Below, in pieces: positions 63,187 to 64,000 of a DNA stretch of 64,000 nucleotides. Each line of letters starts with the position of its first letter. Position 1 is the stretch's first letter. The notes beneath the pieces are model-generated. The model was not told where the DNA came from. It ran no database searches and saw only the letters and a program-made list of their open reading frames with translations. The translations under genes were made by a program, and so were the position numbers. Source of the stretch: an uncultured Candidatus Rokubacteria bacterium. GTDB taxonomy: Bacteria > Methylomirabilota > Methylomirabilia > Rokubacteriales > DASRDR01. The stretch lies in the NCBI GenBank assembly GCA_963826115.1, contig CAWGVS010000005.1, positions 928,001-992,000 of the forward strand. Reading direction: 5' to 3'.

Positions 63187-63224
63187 AACAACGAAAGGGG
63201 CCGCCAGCAGCCTGGCAGCCCCTT
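63187..63224 (-). terminator. Rho-independent terminator-like hairpin after the oxidoreductase beta gene
   Basis: AAGGGGCTGCCAG-GCTG-CTGGCGGCCCCTT followed by TCGTTGTT on the minus strand. Confidence 0.6.
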
Positions 63225-63276
63225 CCGTCGCTACGACGACCGCAGTGTCATCGTCTCGATGTCGCGCGGTGCCGGT

Positions 63277-64000
63277 TCAGGTCGGCATGGGGATCTCCGC
63301 GGGCGCCTTGCGGAACGACACCACGCCCGGGATGTCCCAGTTCTCCCACATCTCGTCGACCTTGGCCTGGAAGTACGCGAGGTCCTCCTCGTTGAAGTGC
63401 GCGAAGCGGCCCTGCTTGAGGAGGTACTCGCGGACGGGCTTCCGCTTCCGGCCCTCCACGATGGCCTTGGTCTTGCCGTAGTACTTCACGACGCCGTCCT
63501 CGACCTCGTAGAGGGGGAAGATCCCGGTCTCGACCGCCAGCTCTCCGAGCTCGTGGGAGAGCATCGGGTCGTAGTCCCAGCCCTTCGGGCACGGGTCGAG
63601 GGAGTGGATGAAGGTTGGCCCACCGATGCTCAGCGCCCGGCGGACCTTGTTCATCATCTCCACGGCGTAGGATGCGCAGACCGTGGCCACGTAGCGGCAC
63701 TCCGGATGCCCGGCGGCCAGCATCCCCGCCATGTTCTTCTTCCAGCGCGTGTGGATGATCCGCTTGACGGCGCCGGGAGGGCTGAACGTCGTGTGGGCGC
63801 CGTACGGCGTCATCCCCGACAACTGGATGTCGGTGTTGGCGTAGGACTCGTTGTCGTAGAGCAGGATCAAGGAGTTGTACTCCTTGTGGGTCAGGGTGGC
63901 CGAGATGGCCCCGAGCCCCATGTCGGCTCCGCCGCCGTCTCCGCAGAACGCGATGACGTTGATGGGCTCGGCCTTCATCTTGCCCTTCTTCATGAGCGCC
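63277..64000 (-). CDS. 2-oxoacid:ferredoxin oxidoreductase beta subunit (PorB/oxalate oxidoreductase-like), 5' end outside the window
   Basis: TPP motif CGDGG...YDNESYANT, PCPKGW, AVETGIFPLYE, QGRFAH. Confidence 0.88.
   Translation of the reverse strand, partial: ALMKKGKMKAEPINVIAFCGDGGGADMGLGAISATLTHKEYNSLILLYDNESYANTDIQLSGMTPYGAHTTFSPPGAVKRIIHTRWKKNMAGMLAAGHPECRYVATVCASYAVEMMNKVRRALSIGGPTFIHSLDPCPKGWDYDPMLSHELGELAVETGIFPLYEVEDGVVKYYGKTKAIVEGRKRKPVREYLLKQGRFAHFNEEDLAYFQAKVDEMWENWDIPGVVSFRKAPAEIPMPT

Overview
Very GC-rich bacterial chromosomal window, almost entirely on the minus strand. Gene content and order (dprA-topA-xerC-hslVU-argB; ilvBNC-psd-pssA-leuB-asd-truA; ttcA-hemCDB; argDFG) suggest a Methylomirabilota/Rokubacteria-like or deltaproteobacteria-like organism, which is inference only. 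Most of it is housekeeping: Arg, branched-chain amino acid, heme and phospholipid synthesis, tRNA-Gly(GCC), two ABC transporters, a tripartite tricarboxylate transporter, a six-gene alternative complex III (actABCDEF) and an Rrf2-cysK-sulfur carrier-JAB protease cluster. The standout is at the left edge (83-817): a tandem array of four ~203-206 bp units, each encoding a 40-41 aa peptide. The peptides share a nearly invariant leader (EYERPRVERV[L/P]TPEELEQEILYAG) and differ in a short Asp-rich C-terminal core. The array has its own promoter candidate, RBSs and conserved intergenic hairpins, and looks like a multi-precursor RiPP cassette whose maturases are not in the window. Also notable are a head-on collision of a truncated YeeE gene with a truncated SoxY-like gene, a sigma54-type motif before dprA, an ActB that retains the N-terminal 4-Cys Fe-S motif, and several single-base frameshifts that may be sequencing errors.
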